This document shows, one piece after another, positions 1 through 9,582 of a stretch of 64,000 bases of DNA. This stretch comes from a virus. The DNA is taken from IMG/VR virus record IMGVR_UViG_3300025687_000001, positions 1-64,000 of that record. The stretch is one strand, 5' to 3'. The first letter of the stretch is position 1, and every line of letters starts with the position of its first letter. A program made the translations under genes and the position numbers. The notes under the pieces were generated by a model that was not told where the DNA came from, ran no database searches, and was given only the letters and a program-made list of their open reading frames with translations.

Positions 1-451
1 GCCGAAGTCAATCGCGCCACTGGAGTCAGTGATGCTCCCGTTCGCCAGGGTCAGGTTGCCGACCGAAGAACCAGAGGCCAGGGTGGCGACGCCGGCGCCC
101 AGAGTACCAGTGGTGCTCAGGTTCTCGTCGCCGAAGTCAATCGCGCCACTGGAGTCAGTGATGCTCCCGTTCGCCAGGGTCAGGTTGCCGACCGAAGAAC
201 CAGAGGCCAGGGTGGCGACGCCGGCGCCCAGAGTACCAGTGGTGCTCAGGTTCTCGTCGCCGAAGTCAATCGCGCCACTGGAGTCAGTGATGCTCCCGTT
301 CGCCAGGGTCAGGTTGCCGACCGAAGAACCAGAGGCCAGGGTGGCGACGCCGGCGCCCAGAGTACCAGTGGTGCTCAGGTTCTCGTTGCCGAAGTCAATC
401 GCGCCACTGGAGTCAGTGATGCTCCCGTTCGCCAGGGTCAGGTTGCCGACC
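1..451. repeat. 129-bp coding tandem repeat, at least 3.5 near-identical copies
   Basis: gccgaagtcaatcgcgccac recurs at 1, 130, 259 and 388. Confidence 0.95.
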
Positions 452-900
452 GTGGTGCCCGAGGCGAGGCTCGAGGCATCATCGGCGGTCAGCGCACCAA
501 CCTGGAGATCGCCGTGATCGTAGCCTGCGCCGCCAGTGTCGATGGTGGTGCCAGTGGCCGGGTCCACGGTAGTAGTGTCGAAGAGCTTCAGAACACCATC
601 CGTGGCATCCCGGAAGATGCCCCAGAAGCGCTGCGAGCCATCGTTGTACGTGCCGTAAAGGCCCATGTCGACGGTGTCGCCCCCGGTGTTGCCGCTGGCG
701 AGCTCGATCAGCGGGTCTTCGACCGACAGAGTCTCAGTGTTGGTGGTGACAGTGGAACCGTTAACCGTCAGGTTACCGGTAACTACAAGGTCGTTGCTGA
801 CAGTAAGGTCGTTGCCTACGACAAGGTCACCGTTCCCGTCCATAGTGGACGCAACGTCAGCCTTAACCTTGCCACTCTCTAGAAAAGCTAGGAAGCCCAT
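1..900 (-). CDS. Tail-fibre/virion fibre-like protein with 43-aa tandem repeats (runs off window start; absent from ORF track)
   Basis: Manual minus-strand translation from ATG 900 (AAGGAG upstream): MGFLAFLESGKVKAD...GNLTVNGSTVTTNTETLSVEDPLIELASG..., a motif typical of phage fibre proteins, then GNLTLANGSITDSSGAIDFGDENLSTTGTLGAGVATLASGSSV repeats; no stop before position 1. Confidence 0.75.
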   Translation of the reverse strand, partial: MGFLAFLESGKVKADVASTMDGNGDLVVGNDLTVSNDLVVTGNLTVNGSTVTTNTETLSVEDPLIELASGNTGGDTVDMGLYGTYNDGSQRFWGIFRDATDGVLKLFDTTTVDPATGTTIDTGGAGYDHGDLQVGALTADDASSLASGTTVGNLTLANGSITDSSGAIDFGNENLSTTGTLGAGVATLASGSSVGNLTLANGSITDSSGAIDFGDENLSTTGTLGAGVATLASGSSVGNLTLANGSITDSSGAIDFGDENLSTTGTLGAGVATLASGSSVGNLTLANGSITDSSGAIDFG

Positions 901-983
901 GAACTCTCCTTGGTGCTAGGGGCTGCCTCGAGAGCAGCCGGCGTCTAGACAAAGAGTAGGGCAGAATAGGGACGGAAAAAGAC

Positions 984-1313
984 TTAGTCAGCTGCTAGGA
1001 AACTACCAATTTGTCCCAACAGAGTGGAAATGTCCGTAACTTCTGCGAAAGGCGGCTCCGCCTCTTCGGCCGCCGACGAAAGAATGTTCATCAGGTTACG
1101 AGTGACCTGGTTGTGCAGGACCACTCGGTCCTGGCTTCGTTGGGCTACCGCAGCTTTAGCCTCTTCTAGCTGTTGCTGCAGGCGCTGCTGAACCTCCGCA
1201 AACTTGCTGGAGTATGCAATCTCATCTTTACGGAGAGCTTTCCAGGCCGAATAGAGCTGGAGCAGGTGCTCCTCGGTGATGGCTTCGGGAGCTGGCTTCG
1301 TAAACAGGCTCAT
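984..1313 (-). CDS. Hypothetical coiled-coil protein
   Basis: 109-aa ORF overlapping the upstream stop in a minus-strand operon. Confidence 0.7.
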   Translation of the reverse strand: MSLFTKPAPEAITEEHLLQLYSAWKALRKDEIAYSSKFAEVQQRLQQQLEEAKAAVAQRSQDRVVLHNQVTRNLMNILSSAAEEAEPPFAEVTDISTLLGQIGSFLAAD

Positions 1314-1756
1314 GTGTACGCCGTCATGATTCGAATGTTAATTAATACCTGGTCGCTCATGTGACTACCCACCTGAACAACCACGCGTCCCGCCGCAACT
1401 TCGGGGGGACTAGTGCTTAGTTTACCTGGGTCAGTAGCTGATAAAAAGAGAAGATCGCCAGGGCTAGCCCCAGGGGCACCGTCTTCCAGTTGGTACTGAG
1501 AGAGTCCACTGACCTTAAGGCTCGCGGAAGCTCCGTGCGGGACGTCTGCTGCGACAAACCCAACTCCAGCTCCGGTGAGCTCACTCGTGGCCACAGCCAG
1601 CTGGAGCTCCTCGCTGTCGTCAACGTAGACAAAGGCGCCTTCGTTGATGGTGTTGCCTGTGTTGTTGAGAAACGCCGGCGTGATTACGCTGCTGGCGCCT
1701 AACTGCGCGGTGATGACGATCGGGTTAGGCTTCGGGATCAGGCGGATTGTCGACAT
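1310..1756 (-). CDS. Virion structural protein (capsid-fibre/decoration-like beta domain)
   Basis: N..G.TI..GAFVY...LAVA...GFV...G....G...FLSATDPG.L pattern; likely ATG 1756. Confidence 0.55.
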   Translation of the reverse strand: MSTIRLIPKPNPIVITAQLGASSVITPAFLNNTGNTINEGAFVYVDDSEELQLAVATSELTGAGVGFVAADVPHGASASLKVSGLSQYQLEDGAPGASPGDLLFLSATDPGKLSTSPPEVAAGRVVVQVGSHMSDQVLINIRIMTAYT

Positions 1757-2033
1757 CGACAACCTCCTCTACGGGCTTCTGGCGTCGACGGCGCGTCCGG
1801 CGGGGCTTCGGAACGTCAGGGACCGAGTCCGCAACTTTGACGGGCTTTTGCTTCTTATAAGCCAGGTGGCTGGGTAGCGGACCCTCGCAAAAGACCCCGC
1901 GCGCTACCAGGTACTTCACCGTGGCGTCTTCAAACTCACGCTCAGTAAGCAGCAGTTCTTCCAGTGGGGCTACCCTGCGCTGCCCTCCAAAGAGAAGCAC
2001 AACGTTCTCAGAGAGGTTAGAAACCACGTACAT
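1725..2033 (-). CDS. Small head-associated protein, probable paralog of 3232-3669
   Basis: V.N.S...L..G N-terminal domain plus basic tail (RRTRRRR), same layout as the 3232-3669 protein. Confidence 0.55.
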   Translation of the reverse strand: MYVVSNLSENVVLLFGGQRRVAPLEELLLTEREFEDATVKYLVARGVFCEGPLPSHLAYKKQKPVKVADSVPDVPKPRRTRRRRQKPVEEVVDVDNPPDPEA

Positions 2034-2035
2034 GC

Positions 2036-3223
2036 TTAGTCGTCCTTAGTTAGGTGACGCGCGGCTAGTATACCTGCTGTGGGCAGGCTTAGTAAGCCCC
2101 CAACTGCCAAACTAGGTAGTAGGCCGTGGCCTGCGTACGTTTTCCACGCACCAAATAGACGTTTTCTAGCTGCGTCATACGCCTCGCCAGAAATTCGTCC
2201 CTGGTCTTGCATGGACTTAAGACCCTTGAGGGCTTTAACGCTAGCCAGACCTTCTTCACCAAGAACCTGGGCTGCAGGTATACTGGCCAGGGCCATGCTC
2301 GCAGGTACGTGCCCTGTCGCATCCGTGTCCCCGGTGGCGGCCATGTACAGGCCCCCCGCGCCGAGACCCATCCCCAGGCCTCTACCAGCACCAGTGCCGC
2401 TGAACCTACGAAGCTTATTGAGTAGCCCAGGACCTTCCTTGGTGGCGTGGCCTAGCTCGTGGGCTACGACGTCAGCCTTGTTTATAATGTCGGAGGACCC
2501 GATGTTGATAAGGCCTCGGCGCCTAGCGGGGCCCAGTATTTCGTCGCCGTGGTGTTCTAGCCCAAGGTCTTTTGCGGCACTAGGGCTTTTCATGGCGTCC
2601 GCTAGCTGATCACCAAACTGGCTCTGCACAAAGTACGCGTTTTGTCCTTTAGAGTGGATCTGGTGCGGAGCATATAGAGGCCCACCGGGCTTACTAAAGC
2701 CTAACGATTCGGCGATTTCGTCGTAAGTCAACCCCTGGCCGTGTCGGATTTGGGTTTTGGCTTGCTCAAGCATTTCCGGAGAAGCGTCAGCCATGCCTCC
2801 TATGTTCTTAGGAAGCTTAAGTTCCCCAGGAATGTCTTCCGCAGGAAGCGGGCGCCGTTCATTCCAAAGGTCCTGAAGCACAGACTCTCGTGTAGCGTCA
2901 TTTCCTCCTCTACGCGCGTAGTGCCCTCCGCTGGTTTCTTTGTCGGGGTGCGCAGCCCGGGCCTTAGCTAGTTCTACTTCATGATCAATGTCAGAAACAT
3001 TGCCTTTGAAGATTAGATCGTCTGGAACCTTAGTATCTAGCAGAGTGCGAGCACCGCTAGTCGTTAGCATTAACCCCGCGGGGATGCCTAACATAGAAGC
3101 TGCCATGCCAGCCGCGTGATTGCGTTCCCACTCCTCATCAGAGATGGCAGACGGCGCTCGGAGCAGGGAAGGCTCATCTTCCCAAAACATCCGCGCTAGC
3201 TTTGTAATCGGACGGGGGCGCAT
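2036..3223 (-). CDS. Membrane-associated HExxH zinc metallopeptidase-like protein
   Basis: VAHELGHA, hydrophobic segments, then EEGLASVKAL (distal Glu ligand). Confidence 0.6.
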   Translation of the reverse strand: MRPRPITKLARMFWEDEPSLLRAPSAISDEEWERNHAAGMAASMLGIPAGLMLTTSGARTLLDTKVPDDLIFKGNVSDIDHEVELAKARAAHPDKETSGGHYARRGGNDATRESVLQDLWNERRPLPAEDIPGELKLPKNIGGMADASPEMLEQAKTQIRHGQGLTYDEIAESLGFSKPGGPLYAPHQIHSKGQNAYFVQSQFGDQLADAMKSPSAAKDLGLEHHGDEILGPARRRGLINIGSSDIINKADVVAHELGHATKEGPGLLNKLRRFSGTGAGRGLGMGLGAGGLYMAATGDTDATGHVPASMALASIPAAQVLGEEGLASVKALKGLKSMQDQGRISGEAYDAARKRLFGAWKTYAGHGLLPSLAVGGLLSLPTAGILAARHLTKDD

Positions 3224-3231
3224 GGCGGGGC

Positions 3232-3669
3232 TTACTCCTCGTAGGAGGGAGCTTCGTCCTCCGACGCCTTGCGGCGGGCGCGGCGGGTGCGCTTGGACTT
3301 CTCTTCCTCAGCAGGGACCTCAGGCTCAGCAGGGACCTCAGGCTCAGCAGGGACCTCAGGCTCAGCAGGGACCTCAGGCTCAGCAGCAGGGACCTCAGGC
3401 TCAGCAGCAGGCTCAGGCTCAGCAGCAGGCTCAGGCTCAGCAGCAGGCTCAGGCTCAGCAGCAGGCTCAGGCTCAGCAGGGACCTCAGGCTCAGCAGCAG
3501 GTGAACCCTGGACTATAACGAGTTTGCCCTCTTCCACTAGGGCCTTGAATCGGTCCGTGGCCAGGAGGGTGTCCGGGACCCGGACTACCTTCCTAGGGTA
3601 GAAGCCCCACCACCGCTCTGAGATGATTACGCGAATGTGCCTCTTAGAGACGTTCTTTACCTTAGCCAC
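3232..3669 (-). CDS. Head-associated protein with AEPE(V/-)PA repeats
   Basis: GTG 3669 (MAKVKNVSKR...); Pro/Glu/Ala linker; basic tail. Confidence 0.7.
   Translation of the reverse strand: MAKVKNVSKRHIRVIISERWWGFYPRKVVRVPDTLLATDRFKALVEEGKLVIVQGSPAAEPEVPAEPEPAAEPEPAAEPEPAAEPEPAAEPEVPAAEPEVPAEPEVPAEPEVPAEPEVPAEEEKSKRTRRARRKASEDEAPSYEE
3307..3500. repeat. 18-bp-period coding repeat (ctcagcagggacctcagg / ctcagcagcaggctcagg)
   Basis: About 10 units visible directly. Confidence 0.9.
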
Positions 3670-3707
3670 GTTGCTACCCTGCTTGGGGAATGTTCTGAAC
3701 GAAGTAT

Positions 3708-3745
3708 AAAAGAAAAGGCCTTGGAGGGAAACCGCCAAGGCCTTT
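3708..3745 (-). terminator. Intrinsic terminator after the capsid gene
   Basis: 11-bp stem aaaggccttgg/ccaaggccttt followed by a U-tract on the minus strand. Confidence 0.8.
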
Positions 3746-3768
3746 AGTTACGTTCCTAGGCTAGGAAC

Positions 3769-4698
3769 TTACGCGCCGGGCGCAGCGATATCCGTGATCC
3801 TGGCGATGCCGTTCACGTTGCCGATACCGATGCCCGGAGCCGAGTAGCTCCAGAACTCGATGATGTCAGCCTCCTGCTTGATGAACAGGGTGGCGTCCTG
3901 CAGCAGGAAGAAGTTGCCGAGGTACTCCTGCGGGGCGAAGAACCAGATCTCATCGTTGGCGATGATGTCGTTCTTGATGGTCGTGATGACCGGGTACCCG
4001 TACAGGCTCTTCTCGCCCTCGATGCCCTCATTGTAGTGACGCGAAGCCACCGAGTCACCAATCTGCGCGGCCTGCATTTCCATGGCGTAGTTGTACAGCT
4101 CCTTAGTCATCAAGAGCTTCCCGCAGGGAATCTTGTTGGCTAGAAGCATGTTGACACCAGCACGAATGATGGCAGGGTCGAAGTTCGCAGCGCCAGCCTT
4201 AGCCGCGGCGGTGCCTTCGTTAGCAACAGGTACCGCCGCCTTCACCGTCTCCATGAACTTCTGGTCTTCCTGGTCCGCCATATCCTTGACCGAGTTGTCA
4301 GTCAGGATCTTGCGGATGTCGTTCTGATAGGTCATCAGCTCGAACTTCGACTTCGTGAACCGCTCGGATTCAACCTTGCCGAAGTAGACCGAGTACCGGG
4401 GACCCCGGAACCAGCTGCGCTGACCCGTACCCTTGAAGGTCACGTAGGTGGCCGTGCTGTCCGGCTCCTTCTCGATGATCTTCCGGGGCTGGTCCGTGTT
4501 GACGTCGCGGTCCAGCTCATCGGGGCCGATCTCAACGGGCTCGAGGATTTCCCGGGCGAACGAGTCCTGGCGCATCCGCGAACGGATGAACCGGGAGCCC
4601 TCGTCCTCGGCTTCCTTGACCCGGCCCTCCTCGAGCTTCCGAACGAAGTTCGAGTTGATGAACTGGGCGCTAAGCTCTGCAGTTTCCTTGCGAGGCAT
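3769..4698 (-). CDS. Probable major capsid protein (HK97 fold)
   Basis: About 309 aa, strongly GC3-biased codons, downstream of protease and scaffold-like genes, followed by a terminator; C-terminal YGYPVITT...GIGIGNVNGIARI. Confidence 0.65.
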   Translation of the reverse strand: MPRKETAELSAQFINSNFVRKLEEGRVKEAEDEGSRFIRSRMRQDSFAREILEPVEIGPDELDRDVNTDQPRKIIEKEPDSTATYVTFKGTGQRSWFRGPRYSVYFGKVESERFTKSKFELMTYQNDIRKILTDNSVKDMADQEDQKFMETVKAAVPVANEGTAAAKAGAANFDPAIIRAGVNMLLANKIPCGKLLMTKELYNYAMEMQAAQIGDSVASRHYNEGIEGEKSLYGYPVITTIKNDIIANDEIWFFAPQEYLGNFFLLQDATLFIKQEADIIEFWSYSAPGIGIGNVNGIARITDIAAPGA

Positions 4699-4713
4699 TT
4701 TTAGCACCCTTCC

Positions 4714-5253
4714 TTAGAGGCTGATGTAGAGGTCGCAGGTGGCGTTGTCGCCAGCGCCGACCACCTTCAGGCAGTATCCGAAAATCTGCGTGGTGGTGGG
4801 GAGCACCGCCTCACCGGCAGCAATCCCAGCGTCAACAATCTGGCCGTTGAGCAGGGTAACCGGACGTCCCGGGGCCATGAGCGCCTCGTCAAACATCTGG
4901 TCCGCTGCAGCCTTGTCGGGGTCGTTCCATAGACGAACGATGTACCCGCCGCCAAGAAGAACAGTGATCCGACCCGAAGCCTGCGCCGAGTACTCGTCGC
5001 GACCCTCGATAACAAGACCCCAGAGCTCGGGAGCCTCGATGTTAGCGTGAGCCGCCCCCGCGATCAGACTGGCGTCCTTGGCGGTACGCGCTTCGTCCAC
5101 CGGGGCGTAGCCTGCACCGGCAGGATCCAGGCGAACCCAGTCTCCCGTGTGCAGAGAATCGTTACTCGGCACGCCGATGACAAGGTCCTCAGCGACCGCG
5201 CTACCGTTCGGCCACCCACGGAGAATGTCGAACTTAGAGTTCAGAATCGACAT
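4714..5253 (-). CDS. Probable capsid decoration/cement protein
   Basis: 179-aa beta-rich ORF immediately upstream of the capsid gene. Confidence 0.5.
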   Translation of the reverse strand: MSILNSKFDILRGWPNGSAVAEDLVIGVPSNDSLHTGDWVRLDPAGAGYAPVDEARTAKDASLIAGAAHANIEAPELWGLVIEGRDEYSAQASGRITVLLGGGYIVRLWNDPDKAAADQMFDEALMAPGRPVTLLNGQIVDAGIAAGEAVLPTTTQIFGYCLKVVGAGDNATCDLYISL

Positions 5254-5264
5254 CTATTTTCTCC

Positions 5265-5612
5265 CTACTTAGAGAGCCAGTTGAGGAAGCGCTCATCGGC
5301 CGCAGAAGCCCTGCCTTCCTTGTTTTCAATACCTGCTGTCTTAACAGAGTCGGGTCCACCGAACTCATGCGCAGACTCTTCACTAGCTAACTTAGAGAGA
5401 ATCTCGACGACAGACAAGTCCGCAGCCGAGAGTTTCTCTTTGATTTCATCCTCGTCCAGACCGGTGGCCAGCGCAACCTTGTCAAGCACGGGGGACACGA
5501 GGCTGTTACGAGCCTCGCTCTCCTTACGCGCGTAATCAGCAGCACGGGCATCGTACTCGTCAGCCGCAGCTTCGAGTACGGCGGCTACCTTCTCTAGGAG
5601 TGCGTTACTCAT
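5265..5612 (-). CDS. Scaffold-like K-x-A-motif head protein
   Basis: Helical; EKVAA, DKVAL, SKLAS, VKTAG. Confidence 0.6.
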   Translation of the reverse strand: MSNALLEKVAAVLEAAADEYDARAADYARKESEARNSLVSPVLDKVALATGLDEDEIKEKLSAADLSVVEILSKLASEESAHEFGGPDSVKTAGIENKEGRASAADERFLNWLSK

Positions 5613-5770
5613 GGCTCACCATAAATCTTAGACTTCAGGAATTCCATGCCAATAGCAGACACAAGAAGAGACGCGCACTTTTGGGTGCGGTCTGTCTCAT
5701 CCGCCGCGGCTTTGGTGCGAAGCAGCTCTGCTAGCTTACGGAGTTCTTGCGCGGTGACCTTGTGGTTCAC
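5609..5770 (-). CDS. 53-aa protein not in ORF track (MNHKVTAQELRKLAELLRTKAAADE...)
   Basis: Fills the gap exactly with GTGA and ATGA overlaps; shares ELRKLAELLR with its neighbour. Confidence 0.7.
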   Translation of the reverse strand: MNHKVTAQELRKLAELLRTKAAADETDRTQKCASLLVSAIGMEFLKSKIYGEP

Positions 5771-5985
5771 GGAAGCCTCTCCACAAAAGCGTTGAGTTCT
5801 TCGTACGTCGGGTCTGTGTCAGAAGCACGAAGCAGCTCTGCCAGCTTACGCAGTTCTGCACCTTTCTCGGTCACAGGGTGCGCGGGCTCAGGCTCCGGCG
5901 CAGCGCTAGCAGTTTTCTCACGGTAGGCCTGCTTAGCCTCTGCGAGGATGCTGTCAAGCGCCTCTACTAGTTTGGACTTAGACAT
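5767..5985 (-). CDS. Small K-x-A-motif head protein
   Basis: AKQAY, EKTAS, ELRKLAELLR. Confidence 0.7.
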   Translation of the reverse strand: MSKSKLVEALDSILAEAKQAYREKTASAAPEPEPAHPVTEKGAELRKLAELLRASDTDPTYEELNAFVERLP

Positions 5986-6587
5986 CAGATGCTCGTGAAG
6001 TCATACCCGCCGTAGTTGCCACCAGGTAGAAGTCCCTGGTTAGCAACCATGCGGTTAAGGCCCTGTAAGAGGTGCGGAGCTGCCAGGCCCGTGGCCAGGC
6101 CCCCGCCGTATGCCAGGCCGCGGTTTAGCGTAGCGTTGCCTTCACCAGCGCTCTCGCCTGCGGCGTAGCCTCCGGCAGCACCGGCACCCGCGGCTCCCAG
6201 GCCGGCAGCACCGAGCCACCAAGGACTGATGCCGCCCCCAGAAGCACCCTGGGCGGCTTCCGCTGCGGCCTCGCCAGCTCCGGCTCCGGCACCGCTTGCG
6301 CCGCCTGCGTTGGGAGCCTGCCAGTCAGGCATCTTGGCCAGCCGCTGCTCATCTAAGATGCGCATCTGTTCCTTGGGGTCCAGTTTACCCATCGTAGTAG
6401 CATCGGGCGCGCGCTTTACTTTACGGGCGCCACCGGACATGAGTTTACGTACCCCGCCGGGAAGCCCACCGCTGGGAGCCCAGAACGCCTCTTTGGTGCT
6501 GAAGTCAGCAGCGAAATCAACGCCAGCCACCTTCTGCCGCTCAGCTTCGAAGAGCTCGAAGTATGTATTTAGAGCAGCGGTGCGCAT
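5985..6587 (-). CDS. Gly/Ala-rich hydrophobic K-x-A protein (candidate ejection protein)
   Basis: QKVAG and TKEAF near the N-terminus; Gly-zipper segments. Confidence 0.6.
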   Translation of the reverse strand: MRTAALNTYFELFEAERQKVAGVDFAADFSTKEAFWAPSGGLPGGVRKLMSGGARKVKRAPDATTMGKLDPKEQMRILDEQRLAKMPDWQAPNAGGASGAGAGAGEAAAEAAQGASGGGISPWWLGAAGLGAAGAGAAGGYAAGESAGEGNATLNRGLAYGGGLATGLAAPHLLQGLNRMVANQGLLPGGNYGGYDFTSI

Positions 6588-6590
6588 CTC

Positions 6591-7142
6591 TTATCGCTGA
6601 CCAACCCGCGACAGCAGGCTGAGGGTGTTCCTGTAGCCCTTGTAGGCGCAGTGTTCCGCAGCGGTCTTAATGACCTCCGCGGTCTTGACGTAGCCGTCCT
6701 GGTACGCCGATTGCGCAGCGTGGGCCAGCTTCTCCCGCGTCTCGCGGTAGCCTAGTTCCATGGCCTGCTTCGTAAGCTCAGGGTTGGCTGCGGCGAATTT
6801 CTCGAAGCTGTCCGCCGACGCGACCTTCACGCCCGACCCTGCGGTGTTGTACTTGTCCATGCGAGCAACAAAGCCATCACAGAGAGCAGCGCCAAAAAGC
6901 TCCGCCTCCTTGATGAGAGCTTCCTGCTCCGCAGTGGCAAGACGCTGCGCGATCTTGGTCAGGTCCTGCGTAGGAGTAGCCTGCGGCCGTGCGCCAGCAG
7001 TCTTAGTCTGCGTATCCGCCGCAGCCACTGCTGCCTTGACAGCATGGCTAAGCGTATTAGCTGTGTCAGTCTGGACAGAGGCGGTCTTCTCGGTGGGAGT
7101 GTCGGTCCCAAGCTTGTCCAGAATTTCCGAAAGGCTAGGCAT
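6591..7142 (-). CDS. K-x-A-rich head/scaffold protein
   Basis: Ten K-x-A motifs in 183 aa. Confidence 0.7.
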   Translation of the reverse strand: MPSLSEILDKLGTDTPTEKTASVQTDTANTLSHAVKAAVAAADTQTKTAGARPQATPTQDLTKIAQRLATAEQEALIKEAELFGAALCDGFVARMDKYNTAGSGVKVASADSFEKFAAANPELTKQAMELGYRETREKLAHAAQSAYQDGYVKTAEVIKTAAEHCAYKGYRNTLSLLSRVGQR

Positions 7143-7215
7143 CTTACAGTTCCTCTCTGGTGTACCTGCAGACCACGGTTCAACAGTATACGTGTTTTAC
7201 AGGTGGCACAATAGT

Positions 7216-8988
7216 TCAGGCTAAAAGCCAGGCACCTAGCGCCTGGGCTGTGGCATCAAAATCAGCTTGTTCTCCAAGCACCGGGTCCACCGACCCAAGC
7301 TTGACAATCGTCTCAGGTAGTTTAGTCGGTGTGTACGCGCGTGCAAAGAGCCTATCTGCGTAAGAAGACACTGCGAACTGCGGTACATAGCTGGCGGTCC
7401 GTTCAACGAACGTAGTGCTGTCAGGTACAATCAGGTCCTCTCGGACTCGCATAGACTTAGGGCGCATCATAGCAAACGCGCCTGCACCCAGGCCCCCGGA
7501 AGCTAACCAGCGAAGTCCGCGATCACCGATTGTAGGCTTGAGTAGCTTGTTTGTGAGAGCGGCCAGCGCCAGGCTGCCAAGAGCGCTGCCCCCTAGTGCT
7601 TTAAGGTGCAGGTCTTGTGCACTCCGCACCGCGCTACCGGTGGTGTAGTGCAGTTTCCCCGTGGCTGTGTCCCGAACCGGGATAGCAGAGAGATGGCCCC
7701 CCTCAAACGGAGACCTAGACGGAAGTACCGGAGACGAGGCCAGCTTCATCATCCCGCGATCGGTCCAGTCGCGCCGGGCGGCCCAAAGCGCAACTTTCTC
7801 TTTCACTTCGTCATCAGGCTCAGCGCTGGGATCGATTACCCCTGTCTCGATTACCGCGGACGCTAGTTCTGGGTGCTTCGCCATGATGCGAAGCAGATCG
7901 CCCTGAACGCTGATTAGCTTTTCAATGACACCCTGCGGTAGCTGCTGGCCTGTCAGAGAGTAGACTAACAGACGCAAGAACTCAGGAGTAGTAAGAAGTA
8001 CCCCCATGTCTGAGAGGCTTGCGAGGACCCGAGGGAACTTCTTACCGGACAGCCACCCTAGGTCATCGTTGTCAAGCGGCTGGTAGCCGGACAGCACCTT
8101 GGGGATGATGTTCTTTACCCAGCCCCGAAGGAGCTTAGCGTTGTTGGGGTCGGTGCTCTCTTCGGAGTCCTGCCCTGCTGGACTGACCCCGAATCCAACA
8201 CCCTCGACGTACTTGTCGATCTCCGCTGCTTTAGAGAGAAGGCTCGCCAGGATCTCTCTAGCTGCTACTTTCTCCCCCAGGGACGCTGACGACTCCGTGA
8301 ACTCTGGCGTTGCGCTGTCTCTCGCTACTTTCTTGAGCATGTAGCCTGTGCGGTCCGCCGGACGCCACACAACAGAGATGTCAAAGAAGACAGGGTTGGG
8401 GTTGTCTACGAAGACAATGCGGCCATCCGGGAGGATCTCGTTTAGGTGGTACTTAGCGTGGTCGCAGTACTCCGCGCGACTGGGGGCTTTATTAGCGCAG
8501 ATGGAGCAAACGTCGAACTTGATCCTGCACCCCATCGAAACCGCCAAATCCCGCCCATCACGGATTTTGCTAGCGATATCCGGGGCTTTAGCGTCATCAA
8601 TTTCAAGCACCAGCTCTACGCGGTGCATGTCTTCGTTGTAAAACGACTTAACTACACGTCCGAAAGACTTAGCAGGGTCCTTGTTGACGTGGGACCGGTA
8701 TACATGCGCAGACGACTCAAAGGTCTTGTGGTGCTTGCGCAGCTCTGCCTCGGAGAATCCATCCCCATTACGGTTAGGCCCGTAGTACTCGCTAGCACCG
8801 ATAGCCAGGACAAGGATGTAGGTCTTACCTGCCTTGGGCTTGATGCTCTTAGCCCAATCGCTGGCTTCGCTAGCGGTTTTGATGGTCTCCGGGTGGCGGA
8901 GATCCAGTAGCTGTACTGTAGGCTCAATGGTACCCAGTCTGCGGGAGACCAGCCTATCCTCGAGCTCCAGGAACTTTGTCAGGGACAC
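7216..8988 (-). CDS. Probable prohead (capsid maturation) protease with C-terminal extension
   Basis: N.NGD.F, YRSHVNKD...FGRV (His) and AVSMGC (Ser) as in HK97/assemblin-type proteases; CSIC...YCDH Zn motif. Confidence 0.65.
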   Translation of the reverse strand: MSLTKFLELEDRLVSRRLGTIEPTVQLLDLRHPETIKTASEASDWAKSIKPKAGKTYILVLAIGASEYYGPNRNGDGFSEAELRKHHKTFESSAHVYRSHVNKDPAKSFGRVVKSFYNEDMHRVELVLEIDDAKAPDIASKIRDGRDLAVSMGCRIKFDVCSICANKAPSRAEYCDHAKYHLNEILPDGRIVFVDNPNPVFFDISVVWRPADRTGYMLKKVARDSATPEFTESSASLGEKVAAREILASLLSKAAEIDKYVEGVGFGVSPAGQDSEESTDPNNAKLLRGWVKNIIPKVLSGYQPLDNDDLGWLSGKKFPRVLASLSDMGVLLTTPEFLRLLVYSLTGQQLPQGVIEKLISVQGDLLRIMAKHPELASAVIETGVIDPSAEPDDEVKEKVALWAARRDWTDRGMMKLASSPVLPSRSPFEGGHLSAIPVRDTATGKLHYTTGSAVRSAQDLHLKALGGSALGSLALAALTNKLLKPTIGDRGLRWLASGGLGAGAFAMMRPKSMRVREDLIVPDSTTFVERTASYVPQFAVSSYADRLFARAYTPTKLPETIVKLGSVDPVLGEQADFDATAQALGAWLLA

Positions 8989-9582
8989 TTAGTCCTCCAG
9001 GATGAGCTCCGCCACGATGTTGGAAAGGTGGCCGGCAGCGTGCTTGGTGACCTCGAGGTGATAGGCACTCGCCTCGGGAGCCACGACACTAGCACTCTTC
9101 ACCAGCTTAGCAAAGGTCTGGTACGCAGCCTCAGCGTCAGCAGCGGTAGCAGCGCCATCAGCGGCCGTCTTGGCTCCCTGCTGTCCTCGGTTACCCATCA
9201 TCTGACTGAGCCCGTACACGCCTGCGCCTACGCCCAGGGGCACCGCAGTCATCAGCGCCGTGTCCCTGAGGTCTTCGTTGGCCTTGTTGGCCACCATAGC
9301 GCCTGCGACACCTAGAGGCACCGCAGCTCCGGCGCCCATAGCCATACCTTTGCCTACAGACCCCAGTGCGTTGCGGACGTTGTTCCCCTTAAGAGAACTC
9401 AGAATCCTGGACCCCATTTTCTCAAGGCAAGCAATGACCGCAACGTCATGAGCGAACTTAGCGTTGAGGACGTTCTCCCGCTCCTCGCCCTCGCGCAGCT
9501 CTGCCAACTTAAGCAGCGCCTGAGACTTAGCGGCATGCTCTACCATAGCAGGCAGAGACGCATACGCAGTGAGATTGCTCAT
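8989..9582 (-). CDS. Hydrophobic K-x-A virion protein
   Basis: Likely ATG 9582 (MSNLTAY); LKLAE, AKTAA, VKSAS, TKHAA; two hydrophobic segments. Confidence 0.65.
   Translation of the reverse strand: MSNLTAYASLPAMVEHAAKSQALLKLAELREGEERENVLNAKFAHDVAVIACLEKMGSRILSSLKGNNVRNALGSVGKGMAMGAGAAVPLGVAGAMVANKANEDLRDTALMTAVPLGVGAGVYGLSQMMGNRGQQGAKTAADGAATAADAEAAYQTFAKLVKSASVVAPEASAYHLEVTKHAAGHLSNIVAELILED

Noticed and set aside
1-451. 129-bp repeat (and the 18-bp and 21-bp repeats at 3307 and 12458) as CRISPR arrays
   Set aside because: No unique spacers; periods are multiples of 3 and lie in coding frames
29-919. Plus-strand ORFs 29-517, 514-882 and 665-919
   Set aside because: Antisense shadows of the minus-strand fibre gene, which has an RBS and a recognisable motif
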